A stretch of DNA of 45,371 nt, from positions 1-45,371 of the forward strand of contig CAVTCR010000082.1 in the NCBI GenBank assembly GCA_963733195.1, read 5' to 3'. The number at the start of each line of letters is the position of its first letter. Position 1 is the stretch's first letter. The translations under genes and the position numbers were made by a program. The stretch is from an uncultured delta proteobacterium. GTDB taxonomy: Bacteria; Desulfobacterota; Binatia; Bin18. This document shows positions 1 to 10,636 of this stretch, piece after piece. The notes under the pieces are model-generated. The model did no database searches. It saw only the letters and a list, made by a program, of their open reading frames with translations, and had not been told where the DNA came from.

Positions 1-25
1 GGCGTTGCCCCTTGTCCCTGTATCC

Positions 26-445
26 TCATCGCTTAGGTCGAAACAGCGGAATCGAAATCTCCGGCGTGGCATCCTCAAAGGTCACTTCCACCGGCATGCC
101 GATTTTTACATCTTCTGGTTTGCACTCCACGATATTCGTCAACATCCGCACGCCTTCATCGAGTTCGACATACGCCATAATATACGGCAGATTATTGCGA
201 AACCCGGCGCTTTGATTCTGTCGCGTCACGGTGAAGGTATATACTTTTCCTTTACCGCTACATTTCACCCATTCCAGATCTTGCGAGAGGTCTTCGGGAC
301 AGAACGAGCGCGCATAATAAAAGATTTTGCTGCAGCTTTTGCATTTCTGCACGTACAATTCATGGCGAGCACAGGCTTCCCAGAAGGGTTTGTTCTCTTC
401 GTCGATCCGTGGGATCGGTTTTTTGTATTTCTTTTCTTCGGCCAT
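26..445 (-). CDS. Zn-ribbon/OB-fold protein (DUF35 / ChsH2-like), thiolase partner
   Basis: 139 aa with CKSC..FCPED ribbon, SGKGKVYTFTV, PY-x3-VELDEGVRMLTNIV and IGMPVEVTF motifs; lies downstream of a thiolase-like gene. Confidence 0.9.
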   Translation of the reverse strand: MAEEKKYKKPIPRIDEENKPFWEACARHELYVQKCKSCSKIFYYARSFCPEDLSQDLEWVKCSGKGKVYTFTVTRQNQSAGFRNNLPYIMAYVELDEGVRMLTNIVECKPEDVKIGMPVEVTFEDATPEISIPLFRPKR

Positions 446-459
446 TGTTCAAATCTCCT

Positions 460-535
460 GACGTGATTCGTGTCACGTGGTACGTGACACGTGAGCCCGG
501 CTCTGCTTTACGCAACACGCAATACGTAACACGTT
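460..535. repeat. Heptamer-like short tandem repeats (ACGTGAT/ACGCAAC/ACGCAAT type)
   Basis: acgtgattcgtgtcacgtggtacgtgacacgtga and acgcaacacgcaatacgtaacacg; related units recur at 1695-1750. Confidence 0.6.
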
Positions 536-1679
536 TCTACACTCAGCACCAAACTCGCTCCACTATGCCTGAGCCCCAACGTTCCGCCAGTGCCGTGGCA
601 AAACGCCAGCTGACAATCTTTTACTTGCCGCTCACCGCACTCGCCGCGCAGTTGCTTCGTCGCCTCAATCACGAGGAAAATGCCGCGCATGCCGGGATGA
701 TTGGAGGACAAGCCGCCTCCATCGGTATTGATCGGGAGTTCGCCGCCTAAACCGACGCGACCATTCTGGACGAAAGCGCCCCCTTCGCCTTTTTTGCAGA
801 ACCCGAGACTCTCCAACGTCACGAGCACCGTGATCGTGAAGGAATCATAAACCATCGCCATGTCGATATCTTTGTGCGCGACACCCGCGCGAGCGAGAGC
901 CTTCGGACCGGATTGCTTCGCGGCGGCATCCGTCAGGTCACGCATGCCGGAGCTAGTGTGATAGCAGCTTTCCGCCGCGCTCAGATGCCACCGGTTTCTT
1001 TCTCAGGTCCCGCGCGCGTTCAGCCGAGGCCACCACAATGGCGCCACCGCCGTCGGAAATCATGCAGCAGTCAAGCAAATGAAGTGGAGAAGAAACGAGG
1101 CGCGAAGTCAATACATCTTCAACCGTAATAGGATCGCGGAACTTTGCCAGGGGATTCATTGACGCATGCCTGCGCATAGTCACGGCGATTTCCGCCAGTT
1201 GTTCACTGGTGGTGCCGAACTCATGCATATGGCGTTGCGCCGAAAGCATAGTCGCCAACGGTGGTCGGTCCATAGCAGTTCTCAAATTGCTCGGAGGGAT
1301 CACCGCCGCCCGCGCCGCCAGTGCCGATAGCAAACCGGTCTGACGACCATTTGCTGCCGTAGAGGATCAACGCAACATTGCAGTAGCCAGCGGCAATCGC
1401 GGCGGCGGCGTGGCCCGTATGCGACACAAACGATGAGCCGCCGATAGAATTTGAGTCGAGAAAGTCTGGATTGAGATTGATATGCTCGGCAAGAGAGACA
1501 ATCCCCATGCCACTCACGCCGGAAGTGAACAGCCCATCGACATCTTTAATCGAGAGTCCCGCATCTTCCAACGCGCCACGGGCGCTCTCGGCCATGATTT
1601 GATACTGCGTCTTATGCGGCGCCCAGCGCAGTGGATGCTCATATACCCCCGCAACAACAGCTTTTCCTTTAATGCTCAT
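508..1679 (-). CDS. Thiolase-like / SCP-x lipid-transfer protein (Ltp2-like), frameshifted
   Basis: Three consecutive ORF pieces (1221-1679, 953-1333, 508-945) carry LLDCCMISDGGGA, YDSFTITV and PINTDGGGLSSNHPG motifs. Confidence 0.85.
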
Positions 1680-1694
1680 AGTTTCTCCATTGTA

Positions 1695-1750
1695 TGCATC
1701 ACGTGTTGCGTATTGCGTGTTGCGTGACCAGCCCGGCTCCTTTTACGCAT
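1695..1750. repeat. Heptamer-like tandem repeats (TTGCGTG/TTGCGTA)
   Basis: cacgtgttgcgtattgcgtgttgcgtg followed by gcccggctc..tttacgca, as at 495-514. Confidence 0.55.
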
Positions 1751-2561
1751 CATGCATCCCTACAGTTACTAAGAACGACAAGATCGCGTCACACGCTTCT
1801 TGCGGCTTTTCAATCGGCAGCCAATGACCAGCTTGGGAAACGACGACAAGCTTTGCTCCGGGAATACGCTCGCGCAGCAGCTCACTTTGCGCCACTGGCG
1901 TGCTCTGGTCATCCTGCCCAGCTAAAACCAGCGTTGGTTTACGAACTTCCCCGAGCTTCGCGGTCAGGTCTACCTGCTGGCAAGCAACAAGATCGAAATA
2001 CCGGACACGAGGATCGGTTTTGATTTGTTCTCCCCAGCCTTCTTGGACGATATTCATTGGCGTTGCTGGCGAGCAAGAATCCTTGGTGAACGGCTGCCCG
2101 GCACGACCTTGCATGACATTTTTCCAGATATTAGCTCGTTCATCGGTAATGCCAAATTTCGCCGCCGTGCAGGTAAGGATAAGCCCCTCAACCATGTCCG
2201 GATGGCGCAGCGCCAGATCCATTGAGACCGCGCCACCCATTGAGTGACCAATCAGATAGGCTGGACGCAAGCCCAACTTTTTCCAGAAGCTATAGACCAG
2301 TTCACTGTATGCCGTCACGCTCTTTAAGCTTTCCGTCCCGCTCGAACGCCCATGTCCAGGATAGTCAAGCGAAAACGGGCTGTGTTTCGCTGATAACAGA
2401 TCGAGCATTTTGTGGCCGAAATGGCCGTTGCTGCCGGCGCCATGCAGATACAACAGTACTTTCCCTTTGCTGGCGTCCGGCGTCACACTAGGCAACGTTG
2501 TCTGACCGGTGTGAAAATAGTTCACCGCATAGCCGTCAACTTCCACATATTTTGTTGGCAT
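1743..2561 (-). CDS. Alpha/beta hydrolase
   Basis: LHGAG oxyanion motif, DYPGHGRS, GHSMGG nucleophile elbow, GQDD acid and AGHW His; likely start MPTKYV at 2561. Confidence 0.9.
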   Translation of the reverse strand: MPTKYVEVDGYAVNYFHTGQTTLPSVTPDASKGKVLLYLHGAGSNGHFGHKMLDLLSAKHSPFSLDYPGHGRSSGTESLKSVTAYSELVYSFWKKLGLRPAYLIGHSMGGAVSMDLALRHPDMVEGLILTCTAAKFGITDERANIWKNVMQGRAGQPFTKDSCSPATPMNIVQEGWGEQIKTDPRVRYFDLVACQQVDLTAKLGEVRKPTLVLAGQDDQSTPVAQSELLRERIPGAKLVVVSQAGHWLPIEKPQEACDAILSFLVTVGMHDA

Positions 2562-2678
2562 GATTCCCTCGCAGGAAAAAACTGCCCCTTGACTAATTGG
2601 CTGGTCCGTCTTTGTCAAGGGTTGAGGGCGATGAACCAGAACGAGAGACTCTTTTGCGGTGACGTTGGGCTCTAGCTG

Positions 2679-2914
2679 TTAGACCACTCGAAGAAATTCT
2701 TCTTGTGACAGCCCAGCTTGTTGAAGGATTGCATTAAGCGTTCCGCGGGGGAGATCCTTTCTCTTCGGAACGACCACAAGTCGTTTCTGTCCCGCTTCAT
2801 CAATACGATAGAGAGCCACATGACTTCCCTTGCCCCGTTTCGGAGCATAGTAGAAACCCCATTTCCGTAGCACTCGGATAACTCGTCAGAGGAAACTGAC
2901 GGGAGCTTCGTCAT
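2679..2914 (-). CDS. hicA: HicA-family toxin (frameshift near 2880)
   Basis: MTKLPSVSS...LRKWGF...GKGSHV...VVVP.RKDLPRGTLNAILQQAGLSQEEF; start overlaps the hicB stop (ATGA). Confidence 0.85.
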
Positions 2915-3149
2915 CTGACGGCTGCCTCGAAAGAAGTAGTAAATTTGCCTGGAGTCGTTAACGCTTCCTGCAGTTCCTTCAACATTCCGAGTAACTTGGC
3001 GTTTTCCAGATATAACTCCACCGCTTCTTTCAGGTTCTCCAAGGCTTCCTCGGGAGACTCTCCACAGCTTGCCACACCCGTTTCCGGGCATTTGGATACA
3101 TAGCTCTCGTTCTCTTTCCAAATTACTGCCGTGATTTGTACGTTCGCAT
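2911..3149 (-). CDS. hicB: HicB-family antitoxin (short, frameshift near start)
   Basis: Manual translation gives TAVIWKENESYVSKCPETGVASCGESPEEALENLKEAVELYLE; AGGAG RBS upstream of ATG 3149. Confidence 0.8.
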
Positions 3150-3158
3150 GATAATCTC

Positions 3159-6100
3159 CTACGATAATTCCTCCAGCAGCGCCTTCGCCTCTTGCAAATC
3201 CTTGGTATCAAACCTTCGGTGAACCAGTTGTAAATCTCGGATAACATCTGGTGAGCTTCGGTCGTGCTTCGTTTGCGTGGTGCTGCTGTTGCCACTAGTC
3301 GTGCCGAGACTCATCATCGCGCGGAGTTCCAGCGATTTGGCTTGTTGCTTGCGGGAGATATCGATGGCTTTCAGGAAACACGCTTCGGCTTCGCCTCGCT
3401 GGGGTGCTCGGTGGTTAGGGGTTGGGGTTGGGGACTTTCGACTACTGAGACACTGACGACTTTGACAACTTTTGAAGCGTCAGTTCCCCTTTGAGCCGGT
3501 AGAGTTCGGCTTCGTAGAATCGCTCCCCGGTCTTGTTCGACGAATGCTAAGCGCCTCGGCCAGTGCGCGTAAGCCCTTCTTCCGTTTGCCCGACTTTCCC
3601 ATATGCCTCAGCCAGCAAGGCGAGAAAGTATGATCTGCTGCAACTCTGCCCCCATGCTTCTGTAATGCCGCCTAGCCCCTGGTGAATCTCGTTCAATCCC
3701 TTCTTCTCCCTGTCCCTGCTCGGCCAGCGCCCATCCCCTGCAGTGATAGTCCCCCATGCCGACCAGAGTGGAATCCCTTGCTCAGCGAGAGAGCAATCAC
3801 CGCAGCTTCCGCTTGTTCTTGGGCTAACAGGGCCTCTCCCGCCGGTATTGATGAATCCATGGCAGCGAAGCCAAGCGCAAAAGTCGAAGCTGTAGGGATG
3901 GGCAAGTTCTTGGGCTAACAGAGAGCGCTTCGGTAATGCTCTTCAAGGCCTGGTCCGGATAGCCAAGATCCCACAAAGCCCAGGCCATAGGGCCAGCGAA
4001 CTGACCTTCGGATCTTGACCGTAGAAAAAGGCAAGGGCATGGTGCTGCCTGAGGGTCATAGAGCGCCACTCCCTTGCTCAAAGTGATCTCGGGCTGCGGC
4101 TCAACTCTCCGCGCATCAGCAATGGTACCTCCCAGCGCAAAATGTGCCTCCATTAAGAGCGCCGGGTCTTGGACCTTGTGGGCTAGAGCTAGAGACTGCG
4201 TCTCCCAGCTCCGTGCCGTCTGAGTAATCAGCCCGAGCAAAATAGAAATACCACAGCCCCCATAGCACGGAGAAAAGCTGCGGGGTCTCGCCGATCTGCT
4301 GGCACAGTTCCTGTGCCCGGGTGTAGGCTGTTCTACTTCTGGTGCCGCATACCCTTTCGTCGCCATAAGGGGACCACCAAGAGCAATGTGCAATGCGAGT
4401 TCTTTTTGGATACGTTCGGCGGTACTCGGCAGAGTCTGTGAGCAATCTAAAGCAGTCGTCAGATGACTAATCGCTTCCGCATTTGCCGACCGCTGCACGG
4501 CTTGTTGTCCGGCGAGTTGGAGATAATCGACCGCCTTCTGTGTGTTGCCACTGCGACTGTAATGATAGGCTAACTCGCTGTAATGGTCGTCGAGTCGATG
4601 TCGATATACTTCCTCAATTGCCTGCGCCGTGCGTTCGTGCAGGACTTTGCGCCGCTCCATCAGCAACGAATTGTATGCGACTTCCTGCGTCAGCGCGTGC
4701 TTGAAGATGTATTCCACTTCGGGGAATGCGGGCTGTTCGTAGACAAATTCTCCTGCTTGTAAGCGCGATAACAAGCGATGAAGGTTCATCTTCTGGTTGG
4801 GTGACGACTTTGCGTAACAGACTCGACGAGAACTCGCGTCCGATGACAGCCAGGGTTTGCAGGAGTGATTTCTCTTCGGGTGATAACCGATCCATGCGGG
4901 CAGTGAGCACGCCTTGGACAGTGGTGGGAAGCCGTAGGTCTCGTATGGGTGCGGCGCTGCCCACCCTGCGCGGACCCTGCGATCAGAGTAACTCCTTGTT
5001 CGCGTAACTCCTGCACGATCTCTTCCATGAAGAAAGGATTGCCTTCGGTCTTGGCGAGGATGAAGCGTTTGAGGGTTTGTAGGGGCGCTTCGCTGTGTGC
5101 GCCCGGTCCCGTCGGGCCGACACGTAGGTCGGCCCCTACAGTTTCCCCTAACAATGCCTCCAACATTTCTTCTGCTTGCTCTTTCCCTAACGGGTCCAGC
5201 CGTAATTGCGAGAAGTAGGTCTTGCCACTCCATTGGTGTTGATACTCGGGGCGGTAATTGACCAGCAGGAGGATTCTCGCCGTCGCCACACTTTCACTCA
5301 GTAATTGCAGAAAGGCCTGCGTCTCGGCATCGAGCCAGTGCAAGTCTTCAAAGATGATAATCAACGGTTGATTGAGACTCTCTCTGAGCAACAGCCGCTT
5401 GATCGCTTCTAAGATGCGCTTGCGGCGAATTTGCGCGTCCATTTGCTGCAATGGTGACGTGGGTTCGGCAATGCCCAGCAAGAAGAACAGATACGGCAAG
5501 ATGTCTTCCAAGCTGCGATCTAATGTCAGCACCTTGCCGGTGATCTTTTCCCGTCGTCGCCGTTCATCATCTTGGTTGGTGAGTTGGAAGTAGTTCTTGA
5601 GCAGATCAATCAACGGCAGATACGGATACGCTTTACCGTGGGAGACGGAGAAGGTTTCCAATACGCAGAGCAGGGGCCGCGTTGCGTGCACGCCCCTACA
5701 AATTCATAGAACAGGCGTGACTTGCCAACCCCTGGCTCGCCCATCACCCCAGCAATCTGTCCATGCCCGGCTTTGGCTTGCTCCAATGCGTGCTGGAGCA
5801 GCGCCACCTCATTGTGTCGCCCGACAAAGCGGGCCAAACCACGGCGTACTGAGAGTTGCAGCTTGGTCCGCAGTGGCCCTACTCCAGCCACTTCATAGAT
5901 GTTCAGCGGTTCAGCAAAGCCTTTGATCTGGGCTTGGCCTAATGGCTTGAACTCAAAGTAGCCTTCGGTGAGTTTGTACGTCTGCTCACTGACCAGGATC
6001 GAGCCCGGCGTTGCCAGACTCTCCATTCTCGACGCGAGATTTGTCGACTGTCCCACAGGGACATAGTCGGTGTGCAGGTCATCTTTTCTGATCGAGCGCA

Positions 6101-6761
6101 GAACGACTTCGCCGGTGTTGATGCCTACGCGAATCTGCAGGTTGATCCCTTTGTCGCGGCGCAGCTGTTCTGCGCGTTTGCGACTTTCCTCTTGCATCAG
6201 CAACGCTGCATACAGTGCGCGCTGCGGATGATCTTCATGGGCAATCGGTGCCCCGAACAAGGCAAAGATGCCATCGCCCAACGCTTGCGCGACATAGCCT
6301 TCATAGCGATGCACCGCATCCATCATCAATTGCAGCGTTGGATCAACAATGGCGCGAGCTTCTTCGGGATCAAGGTCAGCAATGAGATCGGTCGAACCTT
6401 TGATGTCGGCAAACAGGGCAGTAATGCTCTTGCGCTCACCATCGGTGACACCTCGCGCTTCCATCGCTTCCCGCTCAGCTTGAATCCGTTCGGCTAAATG
6501 CGCAGGGGTATAATTCGCTGGGGGCTGGGGACTATGGGCTAGGTGCTGGGTGTTAGGTGTCGGGGGTTGGACGGGGACTTTAGACTCTGGACCTTGGACT
6601 CTGGACTGCTGTGTTAGCGGCGTGCCACACTCATTACAAAATCGGCTGCCGGGCGGATTCACACGCCCACACTGATGGCAAGCGGCGTCCAGCTTCGCGC
6701 CACAGGCATTGCAAAACTTCGCGTCTGCGGGATTCTCATGTTGGCACTGCGAGCACGTCAC
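3159..6761 (-). CDS. Double zinc ribbon - class III adenylate/guanylate cyclase - AAA ATPase - TPR protein, multiply frameshifted
   Basis: CxxC ribbons, ALFADIKGST, GDG, RVGINTGEV, Walker A GEPGVGKS, FEDLHW, FKHALTQEVAY and a C-terminal WFTEG..DLQEAKALLEELS* spread across several frames. Confidence 0.9.
5078..5140. repeat. GTAG-family REP pair inserted in frame in the cyclase gene
   Basis: tgtaggggc...gcccctaca inverted ends; translates as VGADLRVGPTGPGAHSEAPLQ. Confidence 0.75.
6518..6606. repeat. Coding heptamer repeats forming a Pro/Gln-rich linker
   Basis: agactct-ggacctt-ggactct-ggact and gggtgtt-aggtgtc units between the zinc ribbons and the cyclase domain. Confidence 0.6.
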
Positions 6762-6858
6762 GGGCTTCCCCTCTTTCGGCTATGCCTTTAGCAGAAAAAA
6801 GAGAACTCTGCTAAGTGCAGCTTTGTCCATGCCAGGAGATGACAAACAGCGTGACGAC

Positions 6859-6895
6859 AAAAACACTGCGCCCCGGTCATTGCTGGCCGGGGCGC
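6859..6895 (-). terminator. Rho-independent terminator
   Basis: Stem gcgccccggtca-ttgc-tggccggggcgc with a T-tract on the minus strand, 35 bp downstream of the stop at 6930. Confidence 0.75.
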
Positions 6896-6929
6896 GAGGA
6901 GGGCTACTCATTGATAATGACAGAACGTC

Positions 6930-7577
6930 TTATCCAAAGAAGTGGACAGTGTGGAACAGGACACGAATGACAAACGCGGCAGGATTCGTGGTTGAACCTT
7001 CGCTCCGTTTCACTTTAACCTTTACGTAGTAGGCATTCTCTGTGAAATCAAAACTATGATTGAGCTCGACTGTATGTACCTGTGTTGATGAAGTTGCGCT
7101 TGCTACTGTGTTGCTATCAAAAGTTTCAATAAGTGATGGATCGATTAACGATAGCGGCCTACGGGTTATGGGGTCGATCCTTGTTACGGAAGTTTCCGCG
7201 GTACCATCCAGACCAACCTTGTGGAGTGTGACCTTCACTTGATTTGTCGTTCCATTGCCGTCTGGATCACGGTACACCACTTCCAAGGTGTTCCAGGGAA
7301 AATCGAGGTCCATGACGTTAGTGATATTACAACGAAGCGTGATCTCGCCAGTTATCGAGTTAGGGAAAGAAACGCCTGCGCCACCGAATTGATAGTCGAT
7401 ACTGTCTTCATCAGGAGTACAGGCCGAAGCGACCTGGGTCCACGCGCCCTCTCTTTGTTCGACTGCTTGGGCGTGTGCTTCACTACTGGCGAGCATTGTT
7501 AAGCATGAGATTGCTCCTAAAACACGGACGGTTTTCTTGAAGATTGTGGAAGTAACGTTATTGATAATCGATTTCAT
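6930..7577 (-). CDS. Secreted hypothetical protein (signal peptide, beta-rich)
   Basis: MKSII...VLGAISCLTMLASSEAHA|QA signal-peptidase-like site; GAAAGGA RBS; two Cys in the mature part; followed by a terminator. Confidence 0.7.
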   Translation of the reverse strand: MKSIINNVTSTIFKKTVRVLGAISCLTMLASSEAHAQAVEQREGAWTQVASACTPDEDSIDYQFGGAGVSFPNSITGEITLRCNITNVMDLDFPWNTLEVVYRDPDGNGTTNQVKVTLHKVGLDGTAETSVTRIDPITRRPLSLIDPSLIETFDSNTVASATSSTQVHTVELNHSFDFTENAYYVKVKVKRSEGSTTNPAAFVIRVLFHTVHFFG

Positions 7578-7806
7578 GGCAGTTTTCCTTTCGTGTGTTT
7601 GTGGTTGGTTGTGAGATGGACAATCCTTCGGCCTTTTGCCTGTTGGTGTACGGATTAAGGATTTTTCATGTGCTTCTCGCTCCTTCTTTTTGCCTGTGTC
7701 TTTCAGTTGTCTTCTGCTTCTACTGACAGAAGATGCAAAAGAAGTGGAATTTGCTGCGGGAAGGGGGAAAGGCGAACTAAAGCGTTGGCAGATGGACCTC
7801 CCAGAA

Positions 7807-7852
7807 CTGGATTCCCGCCCTTCGACGAGCTCAGGACATGCTTTCGCGGGAA
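7807..7852. repeat. Nested REP elements (CTGGATTCCCGC...GCGGGAAT with inner CCCTTCGACGAGCTCAGGAC)
   Basis: Palindromic ends directly visible; related elements at 19897, 20261 and 36110. Confidence 0.7.
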
Positions 7853-7884
7853 TTTTTATGCCCCTGCGACGCATCTCTTCCTTA

Positions 7885-7907
7885 ACACGACTTGGAAGGT
7901 TTCACGC
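7885..7907 (+). repeat. 23-bp direct repeat, copy 1 (putative left island boundary)
   Basis: ACACGACTTGGAAGGTTTCACGC is identical to 37093-37115. Confidence 0.85.
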
Positions 7908-7999
7908 GAAACGAAATTCGGCACTGGTTGTGACTCAGGCGGGCATGAGGGCCGCCGCGACCTGGGCACAAGAGTAGCCTGCGGCGAAGAGGCGTGGCG

Positions 8000-8225
8000 C
8001 TACAGATAAAAGGGAGGAGCAGACCTCACGGGTAATCGTAATGCGGACTGTACAGCGTCATAGACGACCTGCACACTAATAGCCCGTATGTGTTTCCTGT
8101 CGTGGTCTGACTGATAAGCATGATGAAAAGTTGGACGCATCTCTTGGATGACAATGTGGCCTTCTCCCCAAGGACCGGTTCTCTCTGGCAATGTCGGTCC
8201 GAACAGGGCCACAACGGCAGGCAGA
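8000..8225 (-). pseudogene. C-terminal remnant of a GT9 (heptosyltransferase-like) glycosyltransferase
   Basis: VVALFGPTLPERTGPWGEGHIVIQ...ISVQVVYDAV; the N-terminal part is missing and the 60-bp repeat sits at the break. Confidence 0.65.
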
Positions 8226-8241
8226 GCCTTCCTTACCCTCA

Positions 8242-8301
8242 GGCAACAATACGGCACTGTAGAGCGGGCTCTGGCCGCCATCAGGTCGCTGGAGCACAAA
8301 T
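8242..8301 (+). repeat. 60-bp direct repeat, copy 1
   Basis: Matches 36425-36484 with 4 mismatches (ggcaacaatacggcactgtagag...gctggagcacaaat). Confidence 0.85.
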
Positions 8302-8334
8302 CAATTACATGAGCCAATTTTTCATCATCTGGCC

Positions 8335-9123
8335 TCAACGCCTCCTGGCCCTGACGGCGACAAAGTAGCCCGTCACAAAGCGCGTGGGCCAACGCGCCAA
8401 CCGCTCGAAAGCCGCTAACAAGCCTAAGAAGCGTTTTTGCGTCTCTCGCGCAGCACGTCCTTCTAGCATACCTGCTATCGCCACGGCGAACACCCGTGGA
8501 CAGTGCAACACGGTGCTGACCTCAAGCACCTCAAACCCCACCTGTGGCAGTAGGCGGCGCAGACCGCGCGGGCCGCAGGTGGCGCCGACGTAGTACGGCA
8601 CGATCCGCAGGCGATGCAGTAGGCCAAAAGGCAATGCGTTGCGTAAGCCGACGAGTGGGTTCGCCGGATTATCTAACGTGAGGAGGAGTTGCCCACCCGG
8701 ACGCAGCACACGGAGAAGTTCTTGCAAACTGGTGACGATCTCGCTGTGGGAGCGAAAATGATCCAAGGTTGAAGTAGAAACGATGACATCGAACGCTCCG
8801 TCCGCAAATGGTAGACGCCGGGTATCGGCCCCGACGGCGCACAGGCTGGCGTGCCGTGTGCGCGCCGAACTCAGGGTTGAGCCGGAGAGATCCATGCCGA
8901 CAACGCATTCCGCCTTCAACGCCAGGAGTGAATACAAACCCTCACCGCACGCCTCTTCGAAGACGTCGGTCTTGAGGAGGTGCTTCACCCGACCCTCGGA
9001 GAGCCAGCGCGCGAGCAGTTGGAGATGAACCGCATTACTATGGGCGCGCCACAGCGTCTGCGGATGCGCCTTGCCCCACGCCTCGGCCACCGTATCCCAG
9101 TAATGCGACTCTTCATTGCTCAA
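8335..9123 (-). CDS. Class I SAM-dependent methyltransferase (Methyltransf_11-like)
   Basis: ADTRRLPFADGAFDVIVSTSTLDHF and RVLRPGGQL motifs; motif I is atypical (LKTDVFEEACG). Confidence 0.8.
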   Translation of the reverse strand: MSNEESHYWDTVAEAWGKAHPQTLWRAHSNAVHLQLLARWLSEGRVKHLLKTDVFEEACGEGLYSLLALKAECVVGMDLSGSTLSSARTRHASLCAVGADTRRLPFADGAFDVIVSTSTLDHFRSHSEIVTSLQELLRVLRPGGQLLLTLDNPANPLVGLRNALPFGLLHRLRIVPYYVGATCGPRGLRRLLPQVGFEVLEVSTVLHCPRVFAVAIAGMLEGRAARETQKRFLGLLAAFERLARWPTRFVTGYFVAVRARRR

Positions 9124-9154
9124 GGAGGGCGCTCCGCAATTTTTCAGAAACCCA

Positions 9155-10636
9155 CCCGAGTTTCGCGGTTTTTGTCTAGGCGTGCCACGGCAAGATCGAA
9201 TCCAGTACGATCGTTGATTGCACAGTCAAACGGTTTTGCTGGAGGACATCGCCGTGGCGCCATTTATCGTGTCATCCTTTGGGCTTTTTGTCATGGGCTT
9301 ATTTGCGGGACTGTTCACGGCGCCCTCGTGGCAAACTTTCACGGTGCTGGCGTGGGGCTGGGCCGTGGCGGGAGGGGAGCGCCAGACCATCACGACCTAT
9401 CTGTGGCTGACGGGGGCGACGACGGTCAAGCACTTCTCGCGCTTTTATGTGTTTCTGGGCGGCGCACTGTACCCGGCGCGCTGGCAGCTGTGGGCGCGGA
9501 TCATCCGCTGCGCGGCGCAGTGGGTGCCCGCGGGGAGCCGATCGTGCTCATCGTCGATGACTCGACCAAGAAAAAGGCGGGGCGGCAGATCGAAGGCGTC
9601 GGCCACTACCGCAACGGCGCGGGCTCGGCCCGCCAAGAATATCGCACGCTGCGCGGGCTCAACTTTGTGTGGGGGATCATGCGGGTCCCGCTCCCGTGCT
9701 GGCCGGGCCAGAGTGTCAGTGTGCCCATTGGCTTGTCGCTCTACCTCAAAGAGGAGCAAGCGCGCCAGCTCAAGCTCCCCTATCAGTCCCGCAGTGCCCT
9801 GGCCCGCGAGATTGTGGACTTTGTGGCGGCCCAACTCCCCGCGCGGCCGATTCGCGTCCTGGGCGATGGCGGCTATGCCACCAAGGACTACCTGCACCAG
9901 TTACCGGCCACGGTCAACGTGGTCGGGCGCATGCTCATCACGGGCAAGCTCTATGCGCGGCCGCCTCAGCCGCGCGGGCCGCGCCGCGGCTGTCCCCCGA
10001 AGAAAGGCCCGTTGTTGGGGTCCCCGAAAACGTTCGCCCGCAAACGGAGCGGCTGGCAGCCGCATCCCACCGAAGCCGGGGCACTCGTCCAAGCGTGGAC
10101 TGGCTGTGGCATACCGTCTTGCCGGGACGCTTGATCCGCGTGGTGGTGGTCCGCCGCCCAGCGCTGCGCCGCGCTCCAAAGCCGGGGCAACCACAAGCCG
10201 CCGCCCCCGTGGAAGCATTTTTCACCACCGATCTCACACTGAGTCTGGAGGCGATCCTCGCCCAGTATCGCGAGCGGTGGGCCGTGGAAATCACGCTTCG
10301 TGATAGCAATGCCTTCGCGGGCTTCGGGCAGGACCAGTGCCGCAAGCGCGAGCGGGTGGTCGGCGCCAATACCTTGCGCCTTGTCCTGGCGGCCGCTCGC
10401 ACCCTGTGGTTTGTGGAACAGACCAGCCGCACGGTTCCCCTCGATCTCCAGCGCTCTCGCCCCTGGTACCGCCAGAAGTGCGCCCCCAGCCAACTCGACA
10501 TCGTCTGGGCCTGCCGCGAGGCGTTGCAGGACGCCGGAGTTTTTCCCATACCACGGTTCACCCCAGCTCTTGCCACAAATCAGGAAGAGCCCGAAATTGC
10601 TTTACCTCTGGCAGCCTAGGGCGCGAAACTAATGCC
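9155..10636 (+). mobile_element. IS701-like insertion sequence, DDE transposase split by frameshifts
   Basis: Pieces with LFTAPSWQTF, LIVDDSTKKKAG, LGDGGYA and YRERWAVEITLRD; visibly GC-richer than the flanks; AGTTTCGCG (9159-9167) is inverted relative to CGCGAAACT (10622-10630); exact ends uncertain. Confidence 0.8.

Noticed and set aside
460-535. Possible CRISPR array in the short tandem repeats (also 1695-1750, 6518-6606, 43625-43680)
   Set aside because: Units are ~7 bp with no unique spacers, and no cas genes are visible
2672-3295. 207-aa ORF as a single gene
   Set aside because: It is a chimeric frame crossing the cyclase end, hicB and the hicA start
7578-7874. N-terminal 99-aa extension of ORF 6930..7874
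   Set aside because: It runs through a REP and low-complexity leader; the RBS and signal peptide support a start at 7577
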